64,000 bases of DNA from Escherichia coli (GCA_025336685.1 GCA_025336685.1_4717.1); one strand, 5' to 3'. Positions 19,712 to 28,829 are shown, numbered from the stretch's first letter. Numbers and translations: made by a program. The notes: generated by a model from the letters alone, not told the origin.

Positions 19712-19960
19712 TTAAAATGCATTGATTGGACTGTTCAATGCTTTATCACGGATTTGAATCGCCGCCAGCATTGCTTTCTGGTACGAATCGTAAGCATCAA
19801 CAGAAACAGTCGTATCAACCAATTCCTTTAATACTGATTCAGCCGCTTTTACGCGGACGCGGAACTTGGTGATTGCATTATCTTTGTTACGATAAACCGT
19901 GATGTGGTGCAGCGGTTGAACTTTGGTTTTAACGGATTTAGTTGCTTTGATCGTTTTCAT
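19712..19960 (-). CDS. hypothetical protein (82 aa)
   Basis: ORF flanked by terminators on both sides; AAGGAAA SD. Confidence 0.4.
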   Translation of the reverse strand: MKTIKATKSVKTKVQPLHHITVYRNKDNAITKFRVRVKAAESVLKELVDTTVSVDAYDSYQKAMLAAIQIRDKALNSPINAF

Positions 19961-20014
19961 GGTGATTTCCTTCTTTATTAGGATGATTACATTTAGTCAG
20001 TTTAACAGCATAAA

Positions 20015-20039
20015 CCCTTCCTGCTTTACGCAGGAAGGG
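20015..20039 (-). terminator. intrinsic terminator hairpin
   Basis: CCCTTCCTGC/GCAGGAAGGG perfect 10-bp stem, loop TTTAC, followed on the minus strand by UUUAUGCUG. Confidence 0.7.
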
Positions 20040-20053
20040 CATACGGATTTGTT

Positions 20054-20551
20054 TTACGCGTGTCGTCGTTTACCAAAGAAAATATGATTGTCTACCACGG
20101 TGATATTGGTAGCATGTTTTCTGAAATGTTTAGGGCGAAGATGTTTCGCGTTAAAGAATACGGCTCCTCGTGTTGGATCGGCTTTACGGTAAGCAACAAT
20201 GTCGTTATTGCGCAATGTTGCGACCTCTCGTGCTATCGCTCTTGCCCGCTCAAAAGCGGCACGATCGCGTATGACAATTCGTTGTTGTCTTGCCCAGGGG
20301 AATTGACCTCTTTGCAGTACGACGTCTCTGACGTTCGTAGGGAATCGGTAGTCCATAGATCGATTATGTATTAAAAACGCCACGGAGTATTGCCCTTTTA
20401 CAGATTCGCCTCTGGCTTCCATATACACAGCGCATGCGACGATCTCTTTCCGGCAATCGATTCTAGGTCCTGCGTTCACCGATGCTTGACTTAACGGTGC
20501 GATAAGCAACATAACAAGCCCTAAAACCAACGTGTGTAAAATACCTTGCAT
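20054..20551 (-). CDS. SleB-like cell-wall hydrolase with N-terminal signal/anchor (candidate endolysin)
   Basis: Hydrophobic N-terminus GILHTLVLGLVMLLIAPLSQA, then CAVYMEARGES...VAFLIHNR...VVLQRGQF resembling the SleB hydrolase family; start at Met18 with GAGG SD (ORF track extends to 20602). Confidence 0.6.
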   Translation of the reverse strand: MQGILHTLVLGLVMLLIAPLSQASVNAGPRIDCRKEIVACAVYMEARGESVKGQYSVAFLIHNRSMDYRFPTNVRDVVLQRGQFPWARQQRIVIRDRAAFERARAIAREVATLRNNDIVAYRKADPTRGAVFFNAKHLRPKHFRKHATNITVVDNHIFFGKRRHA

Positions 20552-20805
20552 CTTAATTAACCTCACGATAAGGTGCTGTCCACTGGCGTCTTGATAACGC
20601 ATCCCGTCTATCGGGTTATTCTATTCAGCGGGCAGCAGGTTAGCGTCAGATGTTTGCCCGACATCCACGACAGAAATAAACGGTACTGAAAATACGGTCT
20701 CCTCTGGTTTGGCAATAAACATAACGTTGGATAACAGAACCCATTTCCCGCATCCAACGCGGTAAAGGTGTACATCGTTTGAATTCATATAGTTTCTCAA
20801 AGATG

Positions 20806-21108
20806 TTAACCTCTACCGTCGAGCCACAAGTTGTATTTCTCACGAGCGTCGGGATCGCGATAGATGCGACGATACCTTAATTCCGGTAATAATCCGGTTC
20901 GCACTAACTCATCCGTTAACTTTCTACGACGTTCTACGCCGTTATGGATACGACGTAACTCACGAAAGTTAAGCGGTGTTTGTTTCATTAGAACCCCCAT
21001 TACGATCGGGCGATGATCAATTTCATACAGCGATAATACCCCACGTATTTCATCTAATACCCGCTCGCGATCGATTAGTATTCGATCATGATATTTTAAT
21101 TGTTCCAT
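20806..21108 (-). CDS. hypothetical protein (100 aa)
   Basis: ORF in the lysis-like cassette; no motif. Confidence 0.35.
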   Translation of the reverse strand: MEQLKYHDRILIDRERVLDEIRGVLSLYEIDHRPIVMGVLMKQTPLNFRELRRIHNGVERRRKLTDELVRTGLLPELRYRRIYRDPDAREKYNLWLDGRG

Positions 21109-21134
21109 AACAGTCGCTCTCGTTTCAGGGGGAG

Positions 21135-21338
21135 TTAAGTATTGTGTTTATTCCTACCTACATTCCTCAACAGTGTAACGATAACGAATACCGCCACCAT
21201 CAAGAAGACGAACCATAACCCGACATTAATTCGGGCGGCTGGTACATCCACCATAAGGAGCATCGTCCCACAAAACCCAAGGACTATCCATACTAACATC
21301 ATCCCTATCAACCCCCGCAGCAACTTAAGCCAGATCAT
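21135..21338 (-). CDS. small membrane protein (67 aa), holin candidate
   Basis: Two hydrophobic helices (LIGMMLVWIVLGFCGTMLLMV and LWFVFLMVAVFVIVTLL); start preceded by TAAGGAGGAG. Confidence 0.4.
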   Translation of the reverse strand: MIWLKLLRGLIGMMLVWIVLGFCGTMLLMVDVPAARINVGLWFVFLMVAVFVIVTLLRNVGRNKHNT

Positions 21339-21511
21339 AAACTCCTCCTTACTTTCTCTGATAAAGCGACGATTCTAATTTTAGAAACATCCCTAATGCG
21401 AATGCGAGTAATGACGCACGTACCCACATACCTCCTTGAAAACTGTTGTACAACATAAAGACCAGAGCGATGCCGCCCATATGCAGGCGGCACTTATCGA
21501 ACAATGTTGGT

Positions 21512-21721
21512 TTATACATAGGAGATTAAACGTTGAATGATTTTTACTTTGCCTTTGCCTGGACCTTTCTTGCGACGATTCAATAGACGGATACGGTTTC
21601 CAATTACGGAATCGCCGTCATAATCAGCACGCAACTGTGGTGGGAGAGCAAGATGTTCGCGATTGACACCCGGGTTGTTATAAAAACGATTGAAACTTAA
21701 AAGATGGTTAGTTGGAATCAT
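21512..21721 (-). CDS. small basic protein with RRKKGPGKGK motif
   Basis: Shares the motif (I/L)xxRxx(K/R)KKGPxKGK with three small ORFs at 39.9-40.4 kb; ORF-track start is TTG, first ATG at 21719-21721. Confidence 0.4.
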   Translation of the reverse strand: MIPTNHLLSFNRFYNNPGVNREHLALPPQLRADYDGDSVIGNRIRLLNRRKKGPGKGKVKIIQRLISYV

Positions 21722-21739
21722 TGTATTGACCTTATTCAA

Positions 21740-22090
21740 TTATTTACCAAGATAGAGGTATTCGCCACCCTGAATAACACCGGTTGATGGGTCAACCAGT
21801 ATGCGAACCCGCGCGTAGGTCTTGAAAGAGGGATTGAAAACTTCGAAGTCAGCCACTTTCAATTTCACGCTGGGGTTGGTAGGGTTTTTAACTCCTGGAA
21901 GTTCTTTCGGTAATCCGAAGTCGACTCCATATTCTTCAAGGTCTGCTGGTGTCATGCTCTCCATGGCCATGTAGATTGCTTTTGCTTTATCGTAAACCTC
22001 TGGGCTATCCAGCAACCCAGCCTGCGCTGAACCGACAACACTACCGAACAGAATAGCAACAGCAACAAACAATTTAGTTAACGTTTTCAT
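21740..22090 (-). CDS. secreted/periplasmic protein (116 aa)
   Basis: N-terminal signal peptide MKTLTKLFVAVAILFGSVVGSAQA. Confidence 0.5.
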   Translation of the reverse strand: MKTLTKLFVAVAILFGSVVGSAQAGLLDSPEVYDKAKAIYMAMESMTPADLEEYGVDFGLPKELPGVKNPTNPSVKLKVADFEVFNPSFKTYARVRILVDPSTGVIQGGEYLYLGK

Positions 22091-22126
22091 GATATTTTCC
22101 TCGAAAGTAAAATGTTACAATACCTA

Positions 22127-22549
22127 TTAACGTACGGCTGCTACGCTGTTAGCGCATGCCTGAATATCATCGGTATTTACGATGATGGTTTCGTTAAACG
22201 CACGAATGCGTGCGCGACGGGCTTCTTTAAGGCTGGCGATTGCGTTAGCAGCTTGATCTGTATTCGCAAGGCTAATAACCGGGATCAAACGCATGTCAGG
22301 ACTGCAGATATTCAATGCTTGGTATACACGGCCGTTGATTCCTACGGTATCAGACATCGGATAGTGCGCACGGCATTGAAATTGACCCATGACAACAAGC
22401 GAACGATCGGAGATACCAATCTGATAACGACCGTCTTCGCTGTAGGTGTAACAGTTATTCCCACGAGCCATCCAGTTAGCTTGTGCTTGTGCACTAACAA
22501 AAGCCAGGGTAGCGACGATAGCGAATGCGATATTTTTGAACAGTTTCAT
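22127..22549 (-). CDS. secreted/periplasmic protein (about 141 aa)
   Basis: Signal peptide MKLFKNIAFAIVATLAFVSAQAQA from the internal ATG at 22547-22549. Confidence 0.5.
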   Translation of the reverse strand: MKLFKNIAFAIVATLAFVSAQAQANWMARGNNCYTYSEDGRYQIGISDRSLVVMGQFQCRAHYPMSDTVGINGRVYQALNICSPDMRLIPVISLANTDQAANAIASLKEARRARIRAFNETIIVNTDDIQACANSVAAVR

Positions 22550-22585
22550 GATAAAGATCCTTATTGAAATAAAATCGGTATAAAG

Positions 22586-22601
22586 CCCCCCATTTAGGGG
22601 G
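22586..22601 (-). terminator. short terminator hairpin
   Basis: CCCCC-ATTTA-GGGGG followed on the minus strand by a U-rich run. Confidence 0.4.
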
Positions 22602-22607
22602 ACCTGA

Positions 22608-22925
22608 TTAGTTTGCACTTAAGAAATGACCCAGAACCGTTACGATTGGAAACAGTCCCGTAACCGTATTATCGCCAGAAAACATCATCTTTGAGTCGTT
22701 AACGGTGATGAAACGGATGTCGGTTGCAGACCCATCGATAGCGACAAAACGCATCGAGTTCGGTGGAAGATCCTCAACAACTTCCACGAGGTGTTCACGA
22801 TTTTCAAAGGCTTCTTTAACACGACGCATGAAACGAATCAATGTTCCTTCAGCGTCGGCTTCCAAATGACCTAAGATATCGCGATTATTACGAATAGCGA
22901 ATACAGCCATTTTAAACATACACAT
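22608..22925 (-). CDS. hypothetical protein (105 aa)
   Basis: ORF with AAGAGGA SD; conserved 17-mer and a 12-bp hairpin lie upstream. Confidence 0.45.
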   Translation of the reverse strand: MCMFKMAVFAIRNNRDILGHLEADAEGTLIRFMRRVKEAFENREHLVEVVEDLPPNSMRFVAIDGSATDIRFITVNDSKMMFSGDNTVTGLFPIVTVLGHFLSAN

Positions 22926-22998
22926 CTTGACATCCTCTTATATTGGATTGCTTGCTAATAATTCAAGGTGAAGCCAATGACTCCATTGCTTCACCTAG

Positions 22999-23015
22999 GT
23001 AATATAGCCGTGAAA
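22999..23015. promoter_or_regulatory. conserved 17-mer GTAATATAGCCGTGAAA, copy 1
   Basis: Exact copy of the 17-mer at 53145-53161; both lie within about 100 nt upstream of a leftward gene; ACTCACGT octamer nearby in both. Confidence 0.35.
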
Positions 23016-23029
23016 ATTAATGCATTGAC

Positions 23030-23986
23030 TCACGTCTTTGCTACATGGGGCTGAATCTCGTCGATGCGTTTAACCACAACCTCAGGGAAAAGTTGGAGGA
23101 TTTCATCAGGTGGTGTCGTACCTTCTGTCCAACGATAACGTTCAACCTTTTCGATGCGTGGACTCCCTCCGACATCAGCGATACGAAAGATACAGGCGAT
23201 ACCTAAATCGAAACATACGCTGTAAATATCTTCCGTGCCCCCTTTATCGGCAAGTATTTTCGCAAAATGCTCGTTATCAGGAAGAATGGCTAAATTACGG
23301 ATACACCAAACATTATCACCCATTTCTTCAAGTTTTGGGTAGGTTAAAGTGTGTCCGTAGCATGTTAACCATCGATGATTTTCTAGGCGGAAGTCCTTAT
23401 CTCCTGGCCGATAACCCAGTATCACCTCGGTGTAGAAGAGATTAGGCATATTGAGCAGTTCTCTAATCGTTGGACCGGTATGCTCCCAGAGACAGATTTG
23501 TTTACGGTCTATATCGTAATCTGTGACGTTACTCACCTCCCAACTTATCGTAAGTTCATCGACAACGTGCCAACCTAAAGCATGTTCACCACCAAGCAGA
23601 TTAACAATAGCTGCTATCTCGTGCTTGTCAAATACCCCCAAATTCTGCGGTGGTTGCATCGTACGTAATGGCTCCCATAACGCACTGTAATCATAGAGCA
23701 AATGACGACACAGACTTTTTGTTAAGGGGGTATGTTCAGTAAACAGTGGGAGAATCACTGTATCCAACAATGGACGTAATGGATGATTGTCGGGTGGCAA
23801 CGAAGCGTATAGCCGACTTTCCTTTTTAGGAATGTCGTAACCAAACCCGTAACGCTCCGAAATGAGAGCAATCAACACTTTTGCTATGCGATTACGCAGC
23901 ATGCGATGGATATCATCCGTGTAACAGAATTTCGGTCTATTACCAGAAACGAAGGTGAAGTATCTGGGCGTTAGCGCAGCCATCAT
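23030..23986 (-). CDS. hypothetical protein (318 aa)
   Basis: ORF, no motif. Confidence 0.5.
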   Translation of the reverse strand: MMAALTPRYFTFVSGNRPKFCYTDDIHRMLRNRIAKVLIALISERYGFGYDIPKKESRLYASLPPDNHPLRPLLDTVILPLFTEHTPLTKSLCRHLLYDYSALWEPLRTMQPPQNLGVFDKHEIAAIVNLLGGEHALGWHVVDELTISWEVSNVTDYDIDRKQICLWEHTGPTIRELLNMPNLFYTEVILGYRPGDKDFRLENHRWLTCYGHTLTYPKLEEMGDNVWCIRNLAILPDNEHFAKILADKGGTEDIYSVCFDLGIACIFRIADVGGSPRIEKVERYRWTEGTTPPDEILQLFPEVVVKRIDEIQPHVAKT

Positions 23987-23993
23987 CTTTCCC

Positions 23994-24440
23994 TCAATCT
24001 AAATAGTACGTGATGGAAAGGTCTTTTCCATCGAACACGATATCCGTGCAGTCATGGACCGTCGGTAATACCATTTTGGCGGCTACTGGAACGTACGCCT
24101 GCAACTCCATGAAGTTATCCATACGGAATGCACGACGCACCATCAGCGGCGTTAGTGTAAACGTTACGCTGACGTTACCACCTGAGGTCAAGTGCATTAT
24201 CGCATGCCCATGATCGCACCAACAATGGTTTTCGATCCATCCGGTGTAAATCAGAATATTTTTATCTTCGTCGTAATAAGCAATGCCAGTCTGCTTTAAA
24301 CGGCTGGTAAACCGAGAGGCTTGCTCGTAGCCCGCACGCAACATTCGAGCAACCAAACGGGTATTGTTAGCGATTCGATTCTGTTCGTTGGTTTTTGTGG
24401 TTTTGAAAAGTTCGATACGTTCTGCTTTTGTAATTTGCAT
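23994..24440 (-). CDS. hypothetical protein (148 aa)
   Basis: ORF, no motif. Confidence 0.45.
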   Translation of the reverse strand: MQITKAERIELFKTTKTNEQNRIANNTRLVARMLRAGYEQASRFTSRLKQTGIAYYDEDKNILIYTGWIENHCWCDHGHAIMHLTSGGNVSVTFTLTPLMVRRAFRMDNFMELQAYVPVAAKMVLPTVHDCTDIVFDGKDLSITYYLD

Positions 24441-24445
24441 GATTA

Positions 24446-24859
24446 CTAACCTAATGAATTGTGTTTAAATAATTGGATGTATGGGGTACCGAATAAAGGA
24501 CTGTATGAATGTATTCGGTTCTCCTCTGATTCGTAATACTCGATAGGCCACGATATTGGTTTAGGTAGACGATCTAATGCTTGCAACACAGCGAGTTTAA
24601 CGCTATTACTTTCGATCGGATACGGAAGTACCGTTGACGAACAGAACACACGTGTTCGATGTAAATAAATGAGATGCTGTTGTAGCTTAGACAAACGCCT
24701 ACGCTTGATTAAGAAACTGGCTACGCGACAATCGGGGTGATCGTAGTGATAGCGCATGGTGTCGAAATAAACCTGTTCTCCTTTAACAATGAGGTATTTA
24801 ATCGCGTGTATGAATGAATAACGACGTAGTTCTCCATCAGCCAACATAACACGGATCAT
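24446..24859 (-). CDS. hypothetical protein (137 aa)
   Basis: ORF, no motif. Confidence 0.45.
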   Translation of the reverse strand: MIRVMLADGELRRYSFIHAIKYLIVKGEQVYFDTMRYHYDHPDCRVASFLIKRRRLSKLQQHLIYLHRTRVFCSSTVLPYPIESNSVKLAVLQALDRLPKPISWPIEYYESEENRIHSYSPLFGTPYIQLFKHNSLG

Positions 24860-25458
24860 TACTTAGGCTCCAGAATCGGTCCGAACAACCAGAAAGTCAG
24901 ACGTTGGTAGATCTGTTCGATGACAGCGGATTCTGTTTGCTCTTCCCACGATTTCCCTTTCTTATACTTTATTTCTGGCGGAATATCGCCAGTGTAAACG
25001 TACCCCGTTGAGAAATCCCACACCAATCGTTTACCGAAAGCGGGTAAGAACACCTCTTCGAATCTGAACGCTTTCGAATTCCAATGCAGCAATTGATCGG
25101 ATTCAACACGTAATGCTTTATTACGTTTGCTCGGCATGTTTCCGAAGTACTGAACGATGGCTGACTTCATAACCCGATCAGCGAAGTCTTTGGCTTCAGC
25201 CTCATCGAGGGGAGGCAGGTGATGTGACAGATTTAGCTTGCGTTGTTCGATATCGATCTTACGCATTGCTTTAATTAAATCGCCGGGGGTAATTTTACCC
25301 TTATGTCCTTCCTGCCGATGTATGAAGCATCCCTGGAATAACACGCAAAGCTCTTGAGGCGCGGTACTTTCCATTCGTCCATAAGCAACGATCACCGAAC
25401 GACGACGGTCGATAACTTCACGGATAAACCGCGGCTCAGTAATACTCACCACTGTCAT
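24859..25458 (-). CDS. hypothetical protein (199 aa)
   Basis: ORF, no motif. Confidence 0.45.
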   Translation of the reverse strand: MTVVSITEPRFIREVIDRRRSVIVAYGRMESTAPQELCVLFQGCFIHRQEGHKGKITPGDLIKAMRKIDIEQRKLNLSHHLPPLDEAEAKDFADRVMKSAIVQYFGNMPSKRNKALRVESDQLLHWNSKAFRFEEVFLPAFGKRLVWDFSTGYVYTGDIPPEIKYKKGKSWEEQTESAVIEQIYQRLTFWLFGPILEPK

Positions 25459-25502
25459 TTAAAGCCCTCTTTATCTTTTTCCATTTCTCTTTACATAACC
25501 AA

Positions 25503-26228
25503 TTAAGACGTCGCCATCTTATCTTCCAGAGACTTCTTCGGTAAACCATGGATAACTCCTTCCGGGGTTAAGAACACACAGTCCGGATTCTGCGTTCGTG
25601 AGCGGTCGTCTGGACTGTTCAACGAGAACAGCAACGCAGAAATACCTTTTGTCCGATTTAATGCCGCTACGATCACGTCAAGCTGTCGCAGCGCATCCGA
25701 CACGGTTCGATGAGGAACAATACGTGACTGTTTGAAGCTGGCTAACCGCCAAGTCTCGAACAAACAACGCAGTTTAAACACGTCGGACGGAATAGCAGTA
25801 GATCCCTGTTCGATAACCTCAACACGATCAGCTTCAGGATAACCTACAGCAACCGCACTAAAGTGTCGTACCCCATTATGAAAATCATCGATAGATGCTT
25901 CGGCGTATTTACATACCGTGCCAGAAACGACCATCACTTTTGCTAAACCGCGATAATTGATCGTCAATGGAATACGAAATACGCGCAAAGCATGTTCTGG
26001 ATTTAATGAGACGTCGTTAACCTTTGTTGCGGTCAACTTACCACGCTCGTAACGTGCGGTGAACGGCAGCCCGTCATAAACGGGATTAATCACAACGCCC
26101 CCTGGGGAGGCGTTAGCGTTAAGATGGACATTAAGCCAATCGGATACTTCCTGTCTACTAGTTACGATTAACATAAAACGGTCCTCCATTTCTTTTCCTT
26201 CATTCATGGCGCATATCTTCCAAATCAT
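25503..26228 (-). CDS. hypothetical protein (241 aa)
   Basis: ORF, no motif. Confidence 0.45.
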   Translation of the reverse strand: MIWKICAMNEGKEMEDRFMLIVTSRQEVSDWLNVHLNANASPGGVVINPVYDGLPFTARYERGKLTATKVNDVSLNPEHALRVFRIPLTINYRGLAKVMVVSGTVCKYAEASIDDFHNGVRHFSAVAVGYPEADRVEVIEQGSTAIPSDVFKLRCLFETWRLASFKQSRIVPHRTVSDALRQLDVIVAALNRTKGISALLFSLNSPDDRSRTQNPDCVFLTPEGVIHGLPKKSLEDKMATS

Positions 26229-26850
26229 CCTTTTGTTTTGTAAATTCTGATTGCTTGCGATAAACCTCCCATGCGTCGTATAAACCGTAAAAGTTCAAAT
26301 GGCGTGCATTTAAGTTAACGGTGAATTCTTCCACAGAGGCAAAATCCGAACGAAGCATCGAATGGAAGGTGTCATCTCCAGTGCAGCCTCCGTATCCTTC
26401 ACCCTGATAGACCAAAAGCTGGTGAGGTTGGATACGTGCGGCAACCAATGCAGCTTGTGGTTCGTCGTAAGGCGGCCATGACAGTAGAATAACGTCGTAC
26501 TGTGAAAGATCGATGTTTGTGTAGTCGGCTTGCTGAATGTCCTCGATAAACGGGTGGGGATGTAATTCCGTATCGTAAGCGGTAATGTCCTCAACACCAA
26601 GTTTACGCAACACATAGGTCAGGTAACCCGTCCCACAACCCAGGTCAGCGACACGTCGCCCGTAACAGATGTTCGCTAACTGGAGCGCAGTATCCATGGT
26701 TAACAACGACCATCCAACGCGTTGTGTGTATTCTTCACGTACATCCCATTGTTGATGGAACGTCATGGGTTCTATGATATTAGCAAGCTGCTGGTACGGC
26801 AACGGCATTTTGGTTTCGCCTTGCGTGAGTAAAGCAATAACATCGTTCAT
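26200..26850 (-). CDS. class I SAM-dependent methyltransferase
   Basis: Motif I VADLGCGTGYLT, acidic residue after strand 2 (AYDTE), and a PPY tetrad (LLSWPPY) after strand 4; start MNDVIALL with AGGAAA SD. Confidence 0.6.
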   Translation of the reverse strand: MNDVIALLTQGETKMPLPYQQLANIIEPMTFHQQWDVREEYTQRVGWSLLTMDTALQLANICYGRRVADLGCGTGYLTYVLRKLGVEDITAYDTELHPHPFIEDIQQADYTNIDLSQYDVILLSWPPYDEPQAALVAARIQPHQLLVYQGEGYGGCTGDDTFHSMLRSDFASVEEFTVNLNARHLNFYGLYDAWEVYRKQSEFTKQKDDLEDMRHE

Positions 26851-26873
26851 TTTGTTTCCTTTTATCAGCATAA

Positions 26874-26894
26874 ACCCTCCCATACCGGGAGGGT
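26874..26894 (-). terminator. intrinsic terminator hairpin
   Basis: ACCCTCCC/GGGAGGGT stem, 5-nt loop, followed on the minus strand by UUUAUGCUG. Confidence 0.6.
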
Positions 26895-26898
26895 ACGA

Positions 26899-27327
26899 TT
26901 ATTCATTTTCAATAACTTTAAGATTCGGTGTGCCGAGCGTTTTCTTCACCAACGCCTCAGCAATGCGTTTCTCGATGAAATCGGTCGAATTGCTTCCGTC
27001 TATCGTACGCATATCACCACGGAAATTGTTGAAGACCATAAACAAATCACACCCGTCGATAGGTATCGCAAGATCATAACTGACTTGTGATGCGGTGAAA
27101 TGGACGCCAACGACAACGGCGGGAACGAATTCAACCGCCGTGTTATCCCCTTCTTCTCCGGTTCCGAATGGAAGTTCAACACGATCGCCGATAGAGAATT
27201 GAGTGACATCATTAATTGCGTTCGTTAATGCAATTCGTTGCATGTTAGCGATATTTTCATTATTCGCATCACAAGGTAGATCCAGGACTTCTTCCAATGT
27301 GAAGAATTTACGATCGAACCAGCTCAT
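26899..27327 (-). CDS. hypothetical protein (142 aa)
   Basis: ORF, no motif. Confidence 0.45.
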   Translation of the reverse strand: MSWFDRKFFTLEEVLDLPCDANNENIANMQRIALTNAINDVTQFSIGDRVELPFGTGEEGDNTAVEFVPAVVVGVHFTASQVSYDLAIPIDGCDLFMVFNNFRGDMRTIDGSNSTDFIEKRIAEALVKKTLGTPNLKVIENE

Positions 27328-27328
27328 G

Positions 27329-27862
27329 TTAATCTCCTTTGTGTTTTACGGACGATGTTAACCACGATGATCTTACAGTGAAACCCTCGGATTCATAGAA
27401 CGCCTGGGCTTCATCGTTATCGGCACGAACATCCAGGCCGATAGAATGACCACCACACTGGTAAGCGATGTTACGTGCTTCATTCATCAAGGCGTGACCG
27501 ATACCGCGCCCGCGATATTCGGGTTTTACAATAATCGATGTAACGTCATGAATGCCCATATGGCTCTCTGCGCTCACTTCCAAGAGGCCCACCGGCGTCG
27601 AAACGATAGCGTCGATCATAACGACCAGCATTGCGGCGTCCGGTAAACGCTTTTCTAATTCTAAGGAATCATATTCACGTTTTAAATCGGGAATATTCCC
27701 AAACATAAACGTGGTGCCCCACGCCTCCGATTCCGCATCATCGAGAATACGGTACAGTTCACGAATCTGTTGTTTATGTGGATAAAGATGTGGATCAGCG
27801 ACCGTCGAGGTGCTAATGCAAAAGAACGGTCGTTCGTTAATAACCAGTGTTTTGATGCTCAT
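27329..27862 (-). CDS. GNAT-family N-acetyltransferase
   Basis: Acetyl-CoA binding motif RGRGIGHALM and C-terminal AQAFYESEGF. Confidence 0.7.
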   Translation of the reverse strand: MSIKTLVINERPFFCISTSTVADPHLYPHKQQIRELYRILDDAESEAWGTTFMFGNIPDLKREYDSLELEKRLPDAAMLVVMIDAIVSTPVGLLEVSAESHMGIHDVTSIIVKPEYRGRGIGHALMNEARNIAYQCGGHSIGLDVRADNDEAQAFYESEGFTVRSSWLTSSVKHKGD

Positions 27863-28365
27863 GCTAAAATTCCTTCATTACCTAACAGTCGATTACGATG
27901 ACGTCGGTACATTTGACAAAGTGTTGTAATTTGATAAAGTTTGTTGTAACGTACTTCGATACGTTTTTGCACCTCTTTCCACGGAAGTTTATCGTATTGC
28001 CGATAACGATGGATTTCATTCAACATCCGAAGACGCGTAGGATCGGTATTCTTTATTGTTACGAGCTTCACGCGTTGGTATCCGCGCTGCAACCCCGATT
28101 CCGAATACGTAATGCCGAACTCATCCTGAATGATAGTAATGATCTCCCGCCATCGGCGCTTCTCACCGTCACGTAAATGGACAACCCGCGATAAGATATC
28201 GTTCCGATTACGATGACTCAGTTTAATGTTAAGCATTGAAGCAATCGCGCTGATTGCTCTCTGACTCCGTCCTAACGCATCACCGATCTCTTTCGATGTC
28301 ATGACGCCAGCGTTTCGGCGTATGAATGCGATTTCGGTTGTTGTGTATTCTTTACCTGCTGCCAT
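27859..28365 (-). CDS. Myb/SANT-like DNA-binding protein, paralog 6 (168 aa)
   Basis: Repeat pattern (Y/W)xxxExxxL...EIGDALGRSxxAIS and a third Trp-spaced repeat; member of the six-gene tandem family. Confidence 0.5.
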   Translation of the reverse strand: MAAGKEYTTTEIAFIRRNAGVMTSKEIGDALGRSQRAISAIASMLNIKLSHRNRNDILSRVVHLRDGEKRRWREIITIIQDEFGITYSESGLQRGYQRVKLVTIKNTDPTRLRMLNEIHRYRQYDKLPWKEVQKRIEVRYNKLYQITTLCQMYRRHRNRLLGNEGILA

Positions 28366-28829
28366 TTTTTACCACGTGTGTTATAATAGTAACGCTGACA
28401 AAGATGTGTGTGATGGTACTCCCGTTTGAACTCGACGTTGATAATGCGAGTAACTTCTCTCCATCTGACCCCTTCATGTCGCAGTGCTGTGATACGGTCT
28501 GAAATTTTGCACCATTCATCTGGGTCGTATCGTCGCAGTTTATGGCGTCGTATTACGGAGGCGACACTCGCTCTCGATCGGCCAAGATGGTTTGACAGTT
28601 GTTTAACCGAGTATCTGTGGATATTGTCGCGAATATAGGAAATCTCGTTGTTCGTATATGCCTCATTGGTTCTTGACGAAGGGAACAACATATACAACTT
28701 ATTCTTAATCGCGCTTTCTGTGCGTTGAAATACCGTAGTCAAATCACTAACTGGTGGTCTGGGTATCTGATCCGCGTAACTCTCAAGGCGTGAGAGTTCC
28801 TCATCTGTCCAGCGACGATACTTGCGCAT
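28299..28829 (-). CDS. Myb/SANT-like DNA-binding protein, paralog 5
   Basis: RRWTDEELSRL...LSNHLGRSRASVASV; start MRKYRRW with AAAGGAG SD (ORF track extends to 28913). Confidence 0.5.
   Translation of the reverse strand: MRKYRRWTDEELSRLESYADQIPRPPVSDLTTVFQRTESAIKNKLYMLFPSSRTNEAYTNNEISYIRDNIHRYSVKQLSNHLGRSRASVASVIRRHKLRRYDPDEWCKISDRITALRHEGVRWREVTRIINVEFKREYHHTHLCQRYYYNTRGKKWQQVKNTQQPKSHSYAETLAS

Noticed and set aside
26200-26850. Calling the methyltransferase a DNA N6-adenine methyltransferase
   Set aside because: The PPY tetrad is preceded by Trp rather than Asp/Asn/Ser and no target-recognition domain is evident; only a generic class I SAM-MTase call is supportable.
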